64,000 nt of DNA from the NCBI RefSeq assembly GCF_018977255.1, contig NW_024704742.1, forward strand, positions 99,946,001 through 100,010,000, read 5' to 3'. This DNA is from Callorhinchus milii. Taxonomy: Eukaryota. Shown one piece after another: positions 11,435 through 24,269 of this stretch (positions are counted from its first letter, which is position 1; every line of letters begins with the position of its first letter). The notes beneath the pieces were generated by a model that saw only the letters and a program-made list of their open reading frames with translations, was not told the DNA's origin and did no database searches. The position numbers and the translations under genes are program-made.

Positions 11435-11790
11435 TGTTAGCCCAGCTCAACACTCTCACTTCTGCATTAGAAGGTTGTGGATTGAAGTCCCATGTCAAGT
11501 CTTTGAGTTTATAGCCTATTGATGACTATCATTCACATCCCGGTACAGTACTGGAGGAGTACTGCACTGTGTATGGGGGGAGGGGGGAGAGGGAGGGCGG
11601 ATACTATGCTTTGGATCAGTCTTTAAAGAGAGATCCCATCGGCCTGTTCAGTTGGACATTAAAGGTTTTATGGCACTAGTTGATGAATAATAAAAAAATG
11701 ATCATTCACTTCATGGCTGTTTGTTGGCCATTGCTATGTGACTACAATGTTTGCCTACAAATGCACAGCCACTACACACTACTTTTGTAA
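11435..11790 (+). mobile_element. DeuSINE-type SINE (old), interrupted at its 3' end
   Basis: Head AGAAGGTTGTGGATTGAAGTCCC, Deu-like core TTTGGATCAG..TAAA..GAGATCCCATCGGCCTGTTCAGTTGGACATTAAAGG..ATGGCACTA and the shared 3' segment. Confidence 0.75.
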
Positions 11791-11841
11791 AGCGCCTTTC
11801 ACGTCGGGAGGACATCGCAAGGCGCTGGGCAGACAGAGTTA
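11791..11841 (-). mobile_element. L2 3' terminal stem-loop piece, split from 13982-14531 by the CR1 insertion
   Basis: AGCGCCTTTCACGTCGGGAGGACATCGCAAGGCGCTGGGCAGACAGAGTTA. The uninterrupted equivalent is at 57100-57150. Confidence 0.88.
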
Positions 11842-13981
11842 AGAGGTAAAAATACAGACCAACAGTGGCAAATATTTAAGGATATAGTGCAAAATTCTCA
11901 GCGGTCGCATATTCCCTTGCGGAATAAGAGTACCACAGGGAAAGCAATTCATCCGTGGCTAACCAGAGCAGTTAGGGAAAGCATCAAATTAAAAGAAAAG
12001 GCTTCTAAAACTGCCAAGCAAAGCGGCAAATCTGAAGATTGGGAGAGTTTTAGAAACCAGCAAAATAAAATTAAAAAACTCATTAAGAGCGAGAAAAAGG
12101 AGTATGAGGGTAAGCTAACCAGGAACATTAAGTCAGATTGTAAAAGTTTTTACAAATATATTAAGAGGAATAGGCTAGTGAGGGTAAATGTAGGTCCACT
12201 TCAGTCAGAGACGGGAGAAGTTGTAATGGGGGACAAGGACATGGCAGAGTCCCTAAATGGGTACTTTGCATCTGTCTTCACCCAAGAAGACACAACAAGT
12301 CTGCCAACAATAGAGATGCACCAAAGGGATAAGGACAGGGAACAACTTAGGGAAATTTTCATTAGTAGAGAATTGGTGCTAGGGAAACTGCTAGCACAAA
12401 AAAGTGACAAATCCCCGGTCCGGATGGCTTGCATCCCAGGGTTTTAAAAGAGGTAGCTTATGAGACAGTGGAGGCCTTGTGTCTAATCTTCCAAAATTCC
12501 TTAGATTCTGGAACAGTCCCCATGGATTGGAAGATCGCAAATGTCACACCACTATTTAAAAAAGGTGGAAAGGAAAAGATGGGGAACTATAGGCCAGTTA
12601 GTCTCACATCAGTGAGGAAAAATTTTAGAATCATTGATTAAGGATGTGGTAGGTATTTAGGGGAGCACAATATAATTAGGCCAAGTCAACATGGCTTTAC
12701 AAAAGGGAAGTCATGTTTGACAAATCTCATAGTTTTTTGAGGATATTTCCAGTAAACTAGATAAGAGTGAATCAGTGGATGTGGTCTATTTGGACTTCCA
12801 GAAGGCATTCGATAAGGTGCCACATAAAAGGTTAGTCCAAAAGATAAGGGCCCATGGAATTGGGGGGAGCATATTAACGTGGATTGGGGAATGGTTAACG
12901 GGTAGGAAACAAAGAGTAGGGATAAACGGGTCCTTTTCAGATTGGCGGGATGTGACTAGTGGAGTGCCACAAGGATCAGTCCTTGGGCCTCAGCTGTTTA
13001 CCATCTACATCAAGGAACTAGATGAGGACATCGAAGTTAATATATCTAAATTCGCGGATGACACAAAACTAGGAGGAAGTGTCAACACAGAGGACGACAT
13101 TAAAAAAATGCAGCGAGACATAGATAGGTTAGGTGATTGGGCAGGTAGGTGGCAGATGAAGTATAATGTAGAGAAGTGCAAAGTCATCCACGTAGGTAGC
13201 AAAAATAGTAGAGCGGGTTATTTTTTAGAAGGGGAGAGATTGGAATGTGTTAGCGTCCAGAGGGACTTGGGTGTCCTTGTACACCAATCACAGAAAGTTA
13301 GTCTGCAGGGGCAGCAGCAATTAGGAAGGCGAACGGTATGTTAGCATTCATTATGAAAGGATTAGAATATAAGAGTAGGGAAGTCTTGCTGCAACTGTAT
13401 AGGGCCCTGGTGAGACCACACCTGGAATACTCTGTGCAGTTTTGGTCTCCTGATTTAAGGAAGGATGTACTTGCCTTGGAGAGGGTGCAGCGTAGATTTA
13501 CTAGGTTAGTACCAGGGATGAAGGGGATGAGTTACGAGGATAGGCTGACCAAATTGGGCCTATATTCTCTAGAATATAGAAGAATTAGAGGGGATCTTAT
13601 AGAAACCTATAAGATCATCAAAGGGCATGATAGAGAAGATAGTGGGAGATTGTTTCCCCTGGTTGGAGAAACTAAAACCCGGGGTCACAACCCTAAATTC
13701 AAAGGCCAGCCCTTTCGCACTGAGTTGAGGAAGAACTTCTTCACTCAAAGGGTGGTGAATGGATGGAACTTGCTACCCCAAAGGGCTACTGACGCTCAGT
13801 CCTTGAACATATTCAAGACTGAGATAGATATATTTCTTATTGCAAAAGGGATTAAGGGATATGGGGATAAGGCAGGGTCAGGTTATTAGCTGGAGTTAGA
13901 TTAGAAGATCAGCCATGATTGAATGGCGGGGCAGGCTTGAAGGGTCGAATGGCCTACTCCTGCTCCTACATGTTATGTTAT
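11842..13981 (+). mobile_element. CR1-clade LINE, 5'-truncated ORF2 (RT) with frameshifts and (ATGTT)n tail
   Basis: Consecutive ORFs 11887-13889 give PWLT..., WKIANVTPLFKKG, NYRPVSLTS, DVVYLDFQKAFDKVPH, GVPQGSVLGP, KFADDTKLGG, LVRPHLEY and RGDLIETYKI. The 3'UTR ends TACATGTTATGTTAT. Flanked by GAGTTA repeats. Confidence 0.97.
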
Positions 13982-14531
13982 GAGTTATGGACCCGAGTTG
14001 GGGGTCGGAGCGTGGGAGGGTGGAGGGCAGGGGGGGAGGCATCGAAGAGGAGGGTCTTGAGATGGGTCTTGAAGGTGGCAAGGGAAGGCATGAGGCAGAA
14101 GAACTGCGGATGGAGTTCCAGAAGGTGGATGCAGAGTGGTGGAAGGCCTGCCCGCCAATAGTGAGGCGAGCGAGGCGGGGAATGTGAAGCAGGCCAGAGT
14201 CCGCTGAGTGGAGGAGGTGAACAGGATGGTAGAAGGTTAGGAGGTCGCAGAGGTAGGGGGGAGCAAGACTGTGGAGGACTTTGAAGGGGAAGACCAGGAT
14301 CTTGAACTGTATCCTCTGTGAGATGGGAAGCCAGTGAAGTTGGGCAAGGATCGGGGTGGTAGGGTTGCGCAGCCTAGTGAGGAGAGGCTGCAATGTTCTG
14401 GATGATCTGCAGCCTGTGGAGGGCGGAGTTGGGGAGGCCAACAAGCAATGAGTTTGCATAGTCGAGCCTCAATGTAATGAAGGCATATAAGAGGGTTTCG
14501 GCGGCCTGCGGTGTGAGACAATGGCAGAGCC
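13982..14531 (-). mobile_element. L2 LINE 3' fragment
   Basis: Minus-strand ILAQLHWLPISQRIQFKILV..LAPPYLCDLL. Colinear with 5849-6468 and 57071-57733. Confidence 0.93.
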
Positions 14532-14942
14532 ACTTTGAGACACTTTAACATCGTTATTATTTACATTGACCTTTTGGCTTTACTGGGGTACAAGATACAC
14601 AGATACACAACATCACTGTATCACTGTTGAGGATTTGGAATTGGAGTGTGTGTGTCTCATCTCACTCTAACATTAGCTCACGTGCAGCCAACAGTGAATT
14701 AACTGCCTGATATATGTACTGTTCCTGGATGCAAAGTATGATTGGGAAGTCAAAAAAAAGTTTACCACAGTTTACACCAGACTTCTTGCACTTGTCAGAA
14801 TTAATCTTGTTAATTTACAGTTGGCTTTAAACTATTATCGGGAGTTGAGAATATTTAATATATACTATAACTGACGTAGATAGTTCTGTAGTTTTGCTTA
14901 CAATCGCAGTTTTAGGTGTCCTTTTTTGTTTCCATTTTGTAT

Positions 14943-15352
14943 GTCAGCCTGGCTCAATTGGTAGCACACTCTCCTCTGAGTCAGAAGGTTGTGGGTTCAA
15001 GCCCCATGTCAGGACTTTTGAGCTTACACAGTCAAGGCTGACAATCCAATGTGCTGTATTGCTGGAGATGACATCCTTTGGATGAGACATTAAACTAAGG
15101 TCCTATCTGCCTGTTCAGGTAAATGTTAGAGATCCCATGTCACTATTCGAAAAGAAAAGATATTCTCCCAGTATCCAAGCCAACAATCTCCCAAATAAAA
15201 TGTTCATTTACTTCATGGTTGTTTGTCGGTCATTGCTGCTTACAAATTGGCTACTGCATTTGCCTACAAATACAGTCACTCCACTTTACAGTGTATCCTG
15301 TGAAATGCCTTGAGATGGTCTTCTGGTATGAAAGTCTCATTATTGTTATTAT
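14943..15352 (+). mobile_element. DeuSINE-type SINE, near full length
   Basis: tRNA-like head GGCTCAATTGGTAGCAC...TCTGAGTCAGAAGGTTGTGGGTTCAAGCCCCA and Deu-like core TTTGGATGAGACATTAAACTAAGGTCCTATCTGCCTGTTCAGGTAAATGTTAGAGATCCCATG, recognised from memory of SacSINE1/LmeSINE1/AmnSINE1. Confidence 0.82.
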
Positions 15353-17130
15353 AAAGAGGTAGGAATAATAATCCTTGCATTTGATATAGTGCCTTATTAT
15401 ATCGTCAAAACATCTCAAAGTGCTTCACACGATTTGTACTGTAAAGTGCATTTACTGTGTATTTATAGATGAACACAGCAGCCAAATTGCACACAGCAAT
15501 CTCCCACAATCAGCCAATGAAGGATAATAATTTCTGTAACAGCCCAGGCTATTCCTAGCAGCACTTAACTGGTATCTGTAATGACAAACCAGTGTTCTCT
15601 ATACTTATGCGTTGAATTATTCTAAATGCAATATTATTTATTTTACTGCTACATAACTAAATCCCATGCAGTTAGAACCCATACAGCAGCTGGTTCAAAC
15701 AGGAATAATTCATAACCAATTATCTGGTTGTGACCTGTACAAATAACAATATTATTTTCTTCCCTATTTCAGCTAATATGCAAACCTGCTTTCACTAGTT
15801 ACTGACTACCAAGTAGGTGCTACAATGCCTCAAAAAATATGTTGTGTTGCTTTTGAAAATGACCCAACATCCTTTTGCAATAATAAATATTTTTTCATTT
15901 TAAAAAATAATAATAATCCTTGCAATTGATATTTCAGATCAGAAGAGTATCTCAAAGAGGCTTTATAAGATTTACTGTAAAATGTAATGGCTATGTATTT
16001 TGCAGTCAATTTGCATGTAGCTGTATCCTAAAAAGAGCCATGAAGTGAACAACCAATTTTATCTATGGGATTGTTGGTCAGGGCATCGGAAGAAACTCCC
16101 TTGTACATTTCTAAAGATACCGTGCAATGAAAAGAAAGCAGTAAATTAAATAGCGTGAACCATCTACGCAAGGTAAAACTTAAAGTTAACTTAACCAGCT
16201 ATTTAATAGCCTTTTGTCAATCAGTAAGATAAATCAGACCCTTCTGGAAATAACTAGGATTACTTCAAGAAAACAAGTCATGTTTGGAAGAGCCAGTAGA
16301 GATATCATCAGCACCAACAAAGTCACAGTGCATCTGTTTTACACAGTAATGAGGGACCAGGGTCCTGTGAGTGATCCACTGTCAAAACAGCCCATTAAAT
16401 TGATAACAATAGTCACACATATATGTTTCATTCAGGGGCACCCAGGGTTGCTGAAAGAGCTGTTCTTTAATACCAGTATGCTTCCTACCCCCATTAAGTA
16501 CTTAAGTACCTGCTTTCAGTTAACGCTAATGTTAAATTTTAAATTTCACAACGCTGTAAAATGCAGTTTGATGATTTTGAAACAAAAAGTGCTTTTCACA
16601 TGCAAGAGTGAAAATGAGTTTTTTTTAAAAAATGTGCGTATTGCAGAAAACGAGCAACATTTGTATTTTAGTGTTACAGTCCTGTTTTGTCAGTTGATGC
16701 CTCTTAGTTTGTAGCCTCTGGCATGCTCGGGAATGTGCTTTGTTTCATGCCTACATGGGGAAGTGCCAGAACATAATCCCTGCCTGCATGTCTTTAGTGA
16801 AAGCTCTGACAGTAGTGACAGCCAGATGGGCAAGGTAACAATGAAAGATTTATTTATGAAGTAAATATGAATACAGTGCAAGGTTAACAGCTAGTGCAAA
16901 CCTCAGCCGCCAAATAAAAGGCACACCAGGGGTCAGAGGTACCTCTGGGTTACATATCTTTGCTCTGGCAGTTAGATTTTGCTTGGATTTGCTTTTGAAA
17001 GTTTTTTGGGTACAAACAATAGGATCTAAAGTGCCATATTCATCACAGGAATTTGCAAAAGAAGAGATTCTTGCCAGTAACCAGAAGTGGATCATTCCGC
17101 TCCATGGGAACTCTACTAGAATGTGATCTA

Positions 17131-17485
17131 CAGGGTGTCCGCAAAGTCCTCTTACCTCCCTGTTACAAAACAGCGATATGAGACTATGGAGGAGCTGAAA
17201 CTAGCTGTCAGAGATGCATTTTGTCTCATTTTTCCATCCAAATTACCAAAGCTGTTGCACTGAACATGGCGACGGATCATTATCTGCATAAAAATGATGG
17301 CACTCACACCAACCCTCTGGACGTCTAAAGACAGTTAAAATTTGTACTGAATACTAGATCAAATGCAAGGATTATTATTAAGTACTTCTAAATACAATTG
17401 TCATCATTCTTCCACATGTTTCAGTTGTTGGTCAGTGCACTGTAGAAAAAAAACATAAGCGTAACATGACTTTGTGAGCACTCTG
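17131..17485 (+). mobile_element. Tc1/mariner-superfamily internally deleted DNA transposon
   Basis: Imperfect TIRs CAGGGTGTCCGCAAAGTC / GACTTTGTGAGCACTCTG, flanked by TA at 17129-30 and 17486-87. The interior encodes a decayed transposase C-terminus, YETMEELKLAVRDAF...TWRRIIICIK/NDGTHTNPLDV*. Confidence 0.8.
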
Positions 17486-18329
17486 TACTAAGTAAATTGG
17501 AGCAGAAATTCTGCGGGTCAGCATGACACATATATGGTTATTATAATAATATATAATAATCCCTATATTTGATATGTCGCCTTGTCTCATCGTTGAAACG
17601 TCTAACAGAGTTTCACAGGATTTTCTGTAGCATTTACTGACTGCATTTTTTAGGCAAACAAGGCAGCCAAATTCTATACACCAATTCCCCCCAAACAGCT
17701 ATGATATGAATAACCAATTTTATCTGGGAGAATCATTGACCAAGACACTAGGGGAAAACTCTTTTCTCTTTCCAAAAAGTACCTTTAAATCTTGAAAGTC
17801 CTCCTGAATAGGTAGTTGAGACCTCAGTTAGCATCTCATCTGAAGGACGCCTCTGCTACTGCCACAAATCATGAGTTAAATACCGAGACCCAGCTTCACG
17901 GACAGTAGAGTGCTGCTGGAGAGATCCACTTCCAGGCTCATTCGACTAATTCTTCATTGATATTTAGGAAATTTCTAAATTTAAATTGGACGATGGTCCC
18001 AAATACCTGTAAAGCACTTTGAGGTATTTCGATGTGATAAGGTTCTAGAATAATACAAGTTTTTTTAAACATTAGCTTTCACCAATAATATGGTAGACAA
18101 CTAACCTAGTAACTGACATTTCCGTCAGCTTTTATTCACTAATTTGTGATACGGATAGGGATTAATGTACATCAGAGCTGTAGTGCCAGTTCCCGCAATA
18201 ATGGCTGCACTTGAAATAGTGCCATTATGTGATTTGAGTGAGGCCTAAATGAGTTTGTGGAGATTAATTGATATCACTTTTGTTCAAAACAAATTACCAG
18301 AGGTGTCCTATTTTTTTCACAATGCTTAC

Positions 18330-18710
18330 GAGGTCCAGAATGCCTTCTCCTGAGGTTGTGATCAGTACTAATTTGTCTGTTTGAGCACTTTATCAAGTCC
18401 AGTGCTCTGCTGAAGACGCTGCATGCTCTCAGGTGCTAAGAAGCAGGTTCTAATAGCTACTTGGCTGTGATGCTGCTTTTAACCACTACTGGCTGGGCTT
18501 TTACTGCACACTATATATCTTTCCAGGCAACAGTGACCCAGCAAGTTAGAAGGTGTTAGGTTTCAGTACAGAGCTGCTTAATGTTTAATATCCCAATGTG
18601 ATTACAACACCTTTGTCAGATTTCAGCCAAGCTAGCAAATTGCATCAGAAGCCTTGGGATACTGGAGCTTGAATGTACAGGGATCACAAAGATGACTATT
18701 GTTGCCTCCA
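18330..18710 (+). mobile_element. possible very degraded PIF/Harbinger transposase remnant
   Basis: Frameshifted peptides in the expected order, SPEVVI, LGFY, SFQATV, SVQSCL and NVQG, resemble the Harbinger N-terminal region (LNFYASGSFQ...SVHRCI...FPNVQG). Confidence 0.35.
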
Positions 18711-18934
18711 CATTCTGCTGACCACTAACAGTCTGCATTTGTGGAAACCGTGAAGAAATTTAATTCAAAGGACCCCGCTGGCCACCCTAATGCACTCTGA
18801 GGGATAGAAAATAAAGGGAGAGACAGAAGAGAAGAAAGCATATGCGCTGATCTTACATCAGATGAGGTAACGGCTGGATGCTACAGTTGGCCCCGTTGCA
18901 TTTGATAAAGTGATCAAATGGCAAACCACAATGT

Positions 18935-19322
18935 AAATAATCCTTGAATTTGATACAGCACGTTTCATGTCCGGAGGATGTCTGAAAGTGCTTGACAAGA
19001 TTTACGATAATGTGCAGTAATTGCGCATTTTGTAGGCAAACGTGGCAGCCAATTTGCACACAGAGATGACCCACAAGCAGTCATGAAGTGAATGACCAAT
19101 TTTATCTGGGTGACTGTTGACCAGGACACAGGAAGAAACTTCCTTCTACAGTATTTATGAATAACGCAATGGGTTCATTAATATCTTATTAACAGCTCAT
19201 CCAACAATGCAATGCACCCCAGGCATTTCAATGGAGTGTTAGCCTAGACTGTGAGTTCAAAGTACTGAACCCACCAACCTTCAGACTCAGTGAGAATGCT
19301 ATCCACCAAGCTAGGCTGACAC
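18935..19322 (-). mobile_element. DeuSINE-type SINE with internal deletion
   Basis: Reverse complement of the 14943/60971 family: tail TAATCCTTGAATTTGATA, head GAACCCACCAACCTTCAGACTCAG..CAAGCTAGGCTGAC. Confidence 0.78.
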
Positions 19323-19554
19323 CGAACAAATAGTTGTGCTGAAGCTGAGGGTGGGGGGGTGGAAAAGTATTCACATCCAAACCAGTCCAATAATTAATGA
19401 CTGCTTTTTTGGACTGCAATTTTTGGTGATGCGATAATTGTCACCAGAGGTAATTTACCACATCACAAATTATATTTTTCACCTGGTGATTTCAAAGGCA
19501 TTTGCTTTCTGCAAACTCATTGGCTGGTGATCATTTTTCCTGTCACAAGCGTGA

Positions 19555-19800
19555 ACTGTGAAGTGCTTTGAGACATCTAGAAGACGTGATAATAATAATA
19601 ATCCTTGCATTTCATATAGTGCTTTTTACGTCTTCTAGGCGTCTCAAAGCACTTCACGGAATATACTGTAAAGTGAATTGACTGTATATTTGTGGGCGAA
19701 ACGCGGCAGCCAATTGTGCACAGCAGTGTCCCACAAACAGTCATGGATTGAGTGATAAGCCGCTATATCAAATGAAAGGATTATTATTATGATTATTATT
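19555..19800. mobile_element. tRNA-SINE 3' half (-, ~19590-19755) embedded in a plus-strand SINE tail
   Basis: The plus-strand tail GTGAAGTGCTTTGAGACATCTAGAAGACGTGATAA is broken by a minus copy starting with (TAA)n and resumes at ~19753 (GTGATAAGCCGCTATATCAAATG). GTGATAA occurs at both junctions. Confidence 0.75.
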
Positions 19801-22800
19801 AACTCGGCTCTGGCAACCGCATGGCAATTCCCACGCATTTTCTCCATCTTGTCACAGTGTCTTAACACTTAGTTGATGAGGTCTAATAATGCAATGTCAC
19901 TTGGCTTCTGGAAGCCAGGGTGGAATTCAAAAGTCAGCTCTCAGCAGCTTTCGTTCAGCTCGACGCGGGCAACAGCTGATACGTAGTCTTCATGTTAATT
20001 AACAAATAATGGATGCAACTAAAGGCACGGCATCTGCTCCCTGCCAGCCCCAGTAGGATGCGAAAATGAAACTCATTTGGGTAAATTGTGCACTAATTCA
20101 ACTTCCGTTGACCCACTCTAATCAAATCATGTCTTTGCAGCTCATGCTGAGCCTAAAGGTGATTTGAATGGTAGGATTTTAATTTGGTAGAAAATGACTA
20201 CTAATATATTATTACAGTTCCAGGCAGTCAAATAGTTTGCATGTATTTTTTTCGGGTGGGGGTAAAAGGAATCAAAGTGTGATAGATAAAGTGGCTGCCA
20301 GGCCATTAAAGCACAACTTCCTATTGACTGGTTTCCTGGAACCCCACAAAGGAGCTGATGTGTGATAAAATGGAATGATTAATACACTGTAAGCTCTGAG
20401 CGTTCTTCAAGCAGAGCTTGTTTGAAATCAGGAAACTTAAAGCCAACATCTTACACATGTTAAGAAGCTGTCTCTCTCCCTCTGATCTTCTGTTGTTGTG
20501 CCTTAGATTAAGAAATGTTAAGTATTGTTGCTTGTATTCATGCATCTGTTTTGAAATCTTTTTTTTGCCCTGATTGAAAATTTTGAACTAAATCCAAAGC
20601 AGACATCTGTGCCATGATCTCAAATGCAATGTTAATTTCCCTCTGGATCACACAACCATACTCAGCATTAGCTCCAGAGCTTTTAAGTCACAGCATTTAG
20701 GGAACCCAGTGAGTGCTGCAACCTTTATGAAGTGGTCTGTGCTTTTATTATTTCATTAAAGAAAATGATCATCCTAGCAAGCTAAGAAAAAGACATATCA
20801 TCTGAATACTTCTAACCAATTTGAATGCAAATAGCCATGTTAATCTCGGTTCCTGTGGGGGATTTCCAGGCTAATAATGCATTTCATAACAAAACAAAGT
20901 CATCTTTGCTTCTCCTTCCTAATCGATTGATTTTGTCAGTGTTCTTATATTAATAATCCTTGGGTTTGATATAGCGTCTTTCGCCATCAAGAAGGTGGCT
21001 CAAAACACTTTGCAGGATTTTATTGCAAGTGACTGTAATGACTGTATTTTTTTGGCAAACCTTGCATCCAGTTGTGCACAGCAATGTCCCCTAAACAGCC
21101 ATGAAGTGAATGATTAATGAAAGGGATAAAGTGAATTACATTATTTTTATCCCTTCCTCTTGCAGATAATGATATAATACTTACATGTGATATAGCACCT
21201 TTCACATCGCGAGGACATCACAAAGCTTTTCACAGGATATGCTGTAAAGTGTAGTGACTGTTTTTTGTAGGTTCAATTACATTTTTTTAAAATTCGGTGC
21301 CATTCTAAATTGTAAGACAAGATGGTTTTACAGACTAAGATAAGGTGAAATTTTGCCCTTCATTTTTCCCAAAGGCTGTTCGAGTTGATACTTAGAAGAC
21401 AATGATTGACAGTTGGTTCCAGTTTGCATAAAGTACAAAATGCTTGTTTGTGGTTTCTGAAAGCTAACACTGTCGGAAACAAGAGACCAGAGAATAAAAC
21501 TGTGCGCCAAAGACTTTTTTCTAGTGCTTATGAAAATTGCAATTATCAATTTTGTAAATTAGTAAGAAAGTTGCAATTAGCACATCCCACCCCCTTTTGA
21601 GGCTATCTGCCAGCTTCTTTTTTGCTTTACATAATTTGAAAGAAATGTTGTATTGTGTGTCGCTAAACTATTTGCTCTGTGAAAGCCTGGTGCTATGCAG
21701 TCACTTCTTGGTGGTCTGGGGGGGGTGATAATCCTGACAAGGTGCTTGTTACTCTTATGGTCTAGTGGAGCAGCCTGTCCATGTGTTGGACCCCCTTGAC
21801 TGTCATCTGTTCACAGGAATTACTATAGCTCCCTCTGTGCTCCCTGCCAATGCTTTGAGAGCACTGTAAATCATTTAGACTTTCCCAACTTCTGAGATCC
21901 AAATTAATTGGAATGCACGTCTTGACAGAGAGCTGTGTTTCTTTTCATTCAAAAAGAGTACCAAATAGAGTCCCAGCTAAAGACAAACCTGCAGCCATAG
22001 TCCTCGGGCTCATTCTGCAATCCCGAGGGCAATTGAAAATAATGAAAGGTTTTCACAGTACCTCATGTTCATTCAGTTTGTAAAAAGAATGCCTGAAACT
22101 TTGTGGGATAAATAATTCAAAGAATCTCTGAAGTGTTTTGATCTGATAAAGGCACAAGAGTGCAGCTGCGTAATTCTGGCAGATATTCTCGCAGGAGAGA
22201 ATTTACATGAGTCAGCTCTGCTGTGCCATTTAAGAATAAACTGCTTAGCTCCTAGCCTCATGGTTTCTGTGCTTCCTTTCAACTCCCATTATTTCTCTTT
22301 TCTTCTGTTATATAAACAGACCGCTTCTCAGGGTTCATCACTTCCATTTGCAATGTCCAGCTTTTCAAGGCTTTGCACGGTTCAATTGAATAGCAAAGCA
22401 ATCAGTGACTGGCATCATGAAGGAAAGGCACTTGAAGTGGCATTTTCCAGAGCTTAACCAATCAGGCCCAGGAGGTGGTGAGCCTGTCAGAGACTGAAGC
22501 TCTGTGGGTAGGGGGCTAGACACTATTATCAACATTCACACAGCAGCACAAAGAGTAATCCACAAGGAAGGAGAGAAGCATTTCTTTCGGACTAAAGAGC
22601 ATTCAGCTTCTCCTCACAACAAAGTTGAGCTTCCTTCCTATTTTTCAAACTAACAATGCTTCAAGGACACAGCTCAGTGGCTTATTGTTACAAATTGTAT
22701 CTTCACAGCTTTATAGTCAAGAGGTTTAAGACCCAGAGGATCTTATATTGATTCCAGTTCAGTTCTAAATACACGTTTTGGGACTCAAATTCCCACCTCG

Positions 22801-23859
22801 AATATTTGCGCTGTCGTCAAGTTTCTATGTTCAAAATCTCCTAAAGAAAGATTTGGACCCAATATTTAAAAAAAATTAAAATGGGAAGAAAGAAGAAAGC
22901 TGTAGATTGTCGGGATTGCTCCTGAGGCAGAGTTTATTGCCTTTAGGATTGGCCTGCAGCTTCCTGATTTTCTTGTGCAACATTTTAAACATCAGTTTCA
23001 AGAAGTTGATTCATTTAACTATAATATTTATAATATTTAACCGCAAACATATGTGGCTGTTGAAATTCACTGCTTTGCTCTCTGATAAGAAGTGAATCTT
23101 CCTAAAAGGGTGCATTTTCTGGGCTACATTAATGCTTTCCCCAGAGTTTTCAATAGTCAACTCAAAGGGTAAAATATCACATTTCAGTATGTAAAATCGT
23201 AGTTAATTCAAATACCCAAGTGTACCTGATTCCACTATTCAATATGATCTCTGCTTTAAAACATGGAGGAAACACAAGCTGCTTATTCTACAGGGCCTTC
23301 TGCTGCCATTTGTCCTGTCTGATTTTTAAATGGTTTCTGACATTTTATGAGAATCTCAGCAGACAAGATTGTTGTTCCATGTGGCTGACTTCTTGATAAG
23401 TCATTCATTTAAGCAGTTGAGTGCAGGGATTTTCCCACGACCCGCAGTAAAGGTGGTCTGTCACTGCACTCAGAAATCTTTCCTCAAGGTGGGGGGAGAC
23501 AATGGAGAAAGAAGCAGCAACAAAAAGGAAAGAGAGAGAGCAAAATGTAAGCCACTCCAGCAACCAGATTGAATGAGAGGAAATTAAAGCGAGAAAAGAA
23601 AAAAAGAATGAGAAAATACTCACTGAGAAACTAAAAGTAATATATTTTGCCTTCTGCTCAATGTAGAAAAATAACCTGCAGGAAATTTCTAACTGCGATC
23701 TGGGACAACAACGAGGAAGGAAATGCCATATTGATACCACTCATGAGGAAGAACATAAACTCATTCATGATCTCATTAATTCATTATTCGATGGTCACAA
23801 CATTTTCCTCAGTCGTTTCCCCAATGGTCTAACGGGGAAAAGCACCACTCAGAACAGCA

Positions 23860-23950
23860 TTGAGCCTTACAGATCAGAAGGTTGCAGGTTCAAGTACCAG
23901 TCAGAGCTGTTTTGGCTGATCTTAGCCAGATGGCGGTGAGGATGCTCCCT
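23860..23950 (+). mobile_element. ancient tRNA-headed SINE remnant (third family, possibly LF-SINE-like)
   Basis: GAAGGTTGCAGGTTCAAGTACCAGTC...GCTGATCTTAGCCAG. Reverse-complement relatives at ~41640-41745 and ~44026-44090. Confidence 0.4.
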
Positions 23951-24269
23951 CTAACGTGATGGGATAATTACCACTTGTGATAATTATTTCATCACATATT
24001 GATTGATTTTCACCCCAATAATTTAAAAAAGCAGCGCTACAGCAAACTCCACACTCAGTTACAACACACAGCATTTAAAATAACAAGGTGTCACATGTCA
24101 AGAAAGGCGTGACTGTGAACATTGCAAATAACAGTAACTGTAAGTGATATGTAATTTTGCGAACTGTTCAATTTCAGGGATTTTTGACTTGCAGAAATAA
24201 ACCTCTTCCATGTTTGGGAGTATGCATATTTAAGAGACAGAAGAATTTGCCGTTTTATACCACTTTACC

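Noticed and set aside
16214..16714. 166-aa ORF
   Set aside because: TTG start, no recognisable motif and AT-rich non-coding character.
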